From Rhizodiscina lignyota (Eukaryota), in assembly GCA_010015805.1 (NCBI GenBank), contig ML978123.1, positions 2,976,001 to 3,040,000 of the forward strand: 64,000 nt of DNA, given 5' to 3'. A program made the position numbers and the translations under genes. Shown here in pieces: positions 62,831-64,000 of the stretch. Below the pieces are notes generated by a model. It was not told where the DNA came from. It ran no database searches and saw only the letters and a program-made list of their open reading frames with translations. Position 1 is the stretch's first letter, and every line of letters starts with the position of its first letter.

Positions 62831-64000
62831 ATGGATCAAAAGAACGGTGACGCCCGCAGCAAGCGGAAACAACCACCTACATCTCCTTCCTCCGACCGAC
62901 CTATGAAGCAGATCCGTGCTTTGGAGCAAGACTCCGACTACACCAACGGCAACTCGCCTGTACATACCAAATATCACGACGGGAACGGGAATGGGGAGCT
63001 TGACATAGAGATGGAGGAGGACCCAAGACTCTCACGTGTCACTACTGCTACGGCAGATACGGCAGAATGGCAGGCGACAATAGAGAAGGTGGTCAAGAAT
63101 GTGGTGTCGATCCACTTCTGCCAGACCTGCTCGTTCGACACTGACTCTGCGCTGTCTTCTGAGGCTACTGGCTTTGTTGTCGACGCGGAGAAGGGCTACA
63201 TTCTCACCAACCGCCACGTGGTAGGTGCAGGACCATTCTGGGGCTACTGTATCTTCGACAACCATGAAGAGTGTGATGTCTGGCCTGTCTACCGCGACCC
63301 TGTCCACGACTTTGGCATTCTCAAGTTCGACCCTAAGGCAATCAAGTACATGCCCCTTGCGGCGCTGGAATTGAGGCCAGACCTCGCACGTGTGGGTGCA
63401 GAAATCAGAGTGGTTGGAAACGACGCAGGCGAGAAGCTGAGCATCTTGTCTGGCGTGATCAGCCGCTTGGACCGCAATGCGCCAGAGTATGGAGAGGGCT
63501 ACAGTGACTTCAATACGAACTACATCCAGGCTGCTGCTGCGGCGAGTGGTGGTAGCTCCGGCAGTCCTGTCATCAACATTGATGGCTACGCTGTCGCTCT
63601 TCAGGCAGGTGGCAGAGCAGATGGAGCTGCAACTGATTTCTTCCTTCCTCTCGATCGACCCCTTCGCGCCCTGCAGTGCGTCCAACGCGACGAGCCAGTA
63701 CCTCGAGGAACGATACAAACACAGTGGATACTGAAGCCTTTCGACGAGTGCCGACGATTGGGCTTGACAAGCGATTCAGAGGCGGCTTTGCGTGAGGCTT
63801 TTCCGAAAGAGACAGGGATGCTCGTGGCAGAGGTGGTATTGCCCAATGGCCCCGGAGACAAGAAGCTTGAAGAAGGAGATCTGCTCATAAAGGTCAACGG
63901 CGAGCTGCTTACGCAGTTCATTCGTCTTGATGAGATCTTGGATTCAAGTGTTGGCAAGAAGGTGCAATTGCTGATCCAGCGCGGTGGTGAGAATATGGAC
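62831..64000 (+). CDS. NMA111: Pro-apoptotic HtrA/Omi-family serine protease Nma111 (runs off the window)
   Basis: [17 protein letters not shown], catalytic triad TNRHVV / HDFGIL / GGSSGSPV, followed by the start of a PDZ domain. Confidence 0.96.
   Translation, partial: MDQKNGDARSKRKQPPTSPSSDRPMKQIRALEQDSDYTNGNSPVHTKYHDGNGNGELDIEMEEDPRLSRVTTATADTAEWQATIEKVVKNVVSIHFCQTCSFDTDSALSSEATGFVVDAEKGYILTNRHVVGAGPFWGYCIFDNHEECDVWPVYRDPVHDFGILKFDPKAIKYMPLAALELRPDLARVGAEIRVVGNDAGEKLSILSGVISRLDRNAPEYGEGYSDFNTNYIQAAAAASGGSSGSPVINIDGYAVALQAGGRADGAATDFFLPLDRPLRALQCVQRDEPVPRGTIQTQWILKPFDECRRLGLTSDSEAALREAFPKETGMLVAEVVLPNGPGDKKLEEGDLLIKVNGELLTQFIRLDEILDSSVGKKVQLLIQRGGENMD

Noticed and set aside
63032..63957. 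Minus-strand ORFs up to 228 aa
   Set aside because: Antisense shadows of NMA111.

Overview
Gene-dense eukaryotic DNA from a filamentous ascomycete (Pezizomycotina, probably Dothideomycetes), with short GT-AG introns and CTAAC-type branch points. About 28 protein-coding loci are supported. Housekeeping genes lie on the left (RNA polymerase I largest subunit, PRP3, coatomer alpha, listerin LTN1/RKR1) and on the right (ccg-6-like wall protein, SET protein, AP-2 sigma, NMA111). Between them, about 21.8-47.5 kb, is an accessory-looking block: a 10-Cys secreted effector candidate, a small protein with a duplicated His/Cys motif, an SDR/bZIP-DUF3425 pair, two lactonase-type beta-propellers, an intronless bacterial-type ArgE/DapE deacylase, two HET-domain genes (one membrane-anchored and broken by two stops compatible with RIP), a polyol dehydrogenase beside a Zn2Cys6 regulator, and a BTB protein. 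The most unusual element is a ~133-nt minus-strand unit at 25869-26001. It has a complete Pol III promoter set (TATA-like, A box, B box, oligo-T) but cannot fold as a tRNA cloverleaf. No rRNA, intact transposase or CRISPR was seen. All family assignments come from motif recognition by eye; no database search was run.
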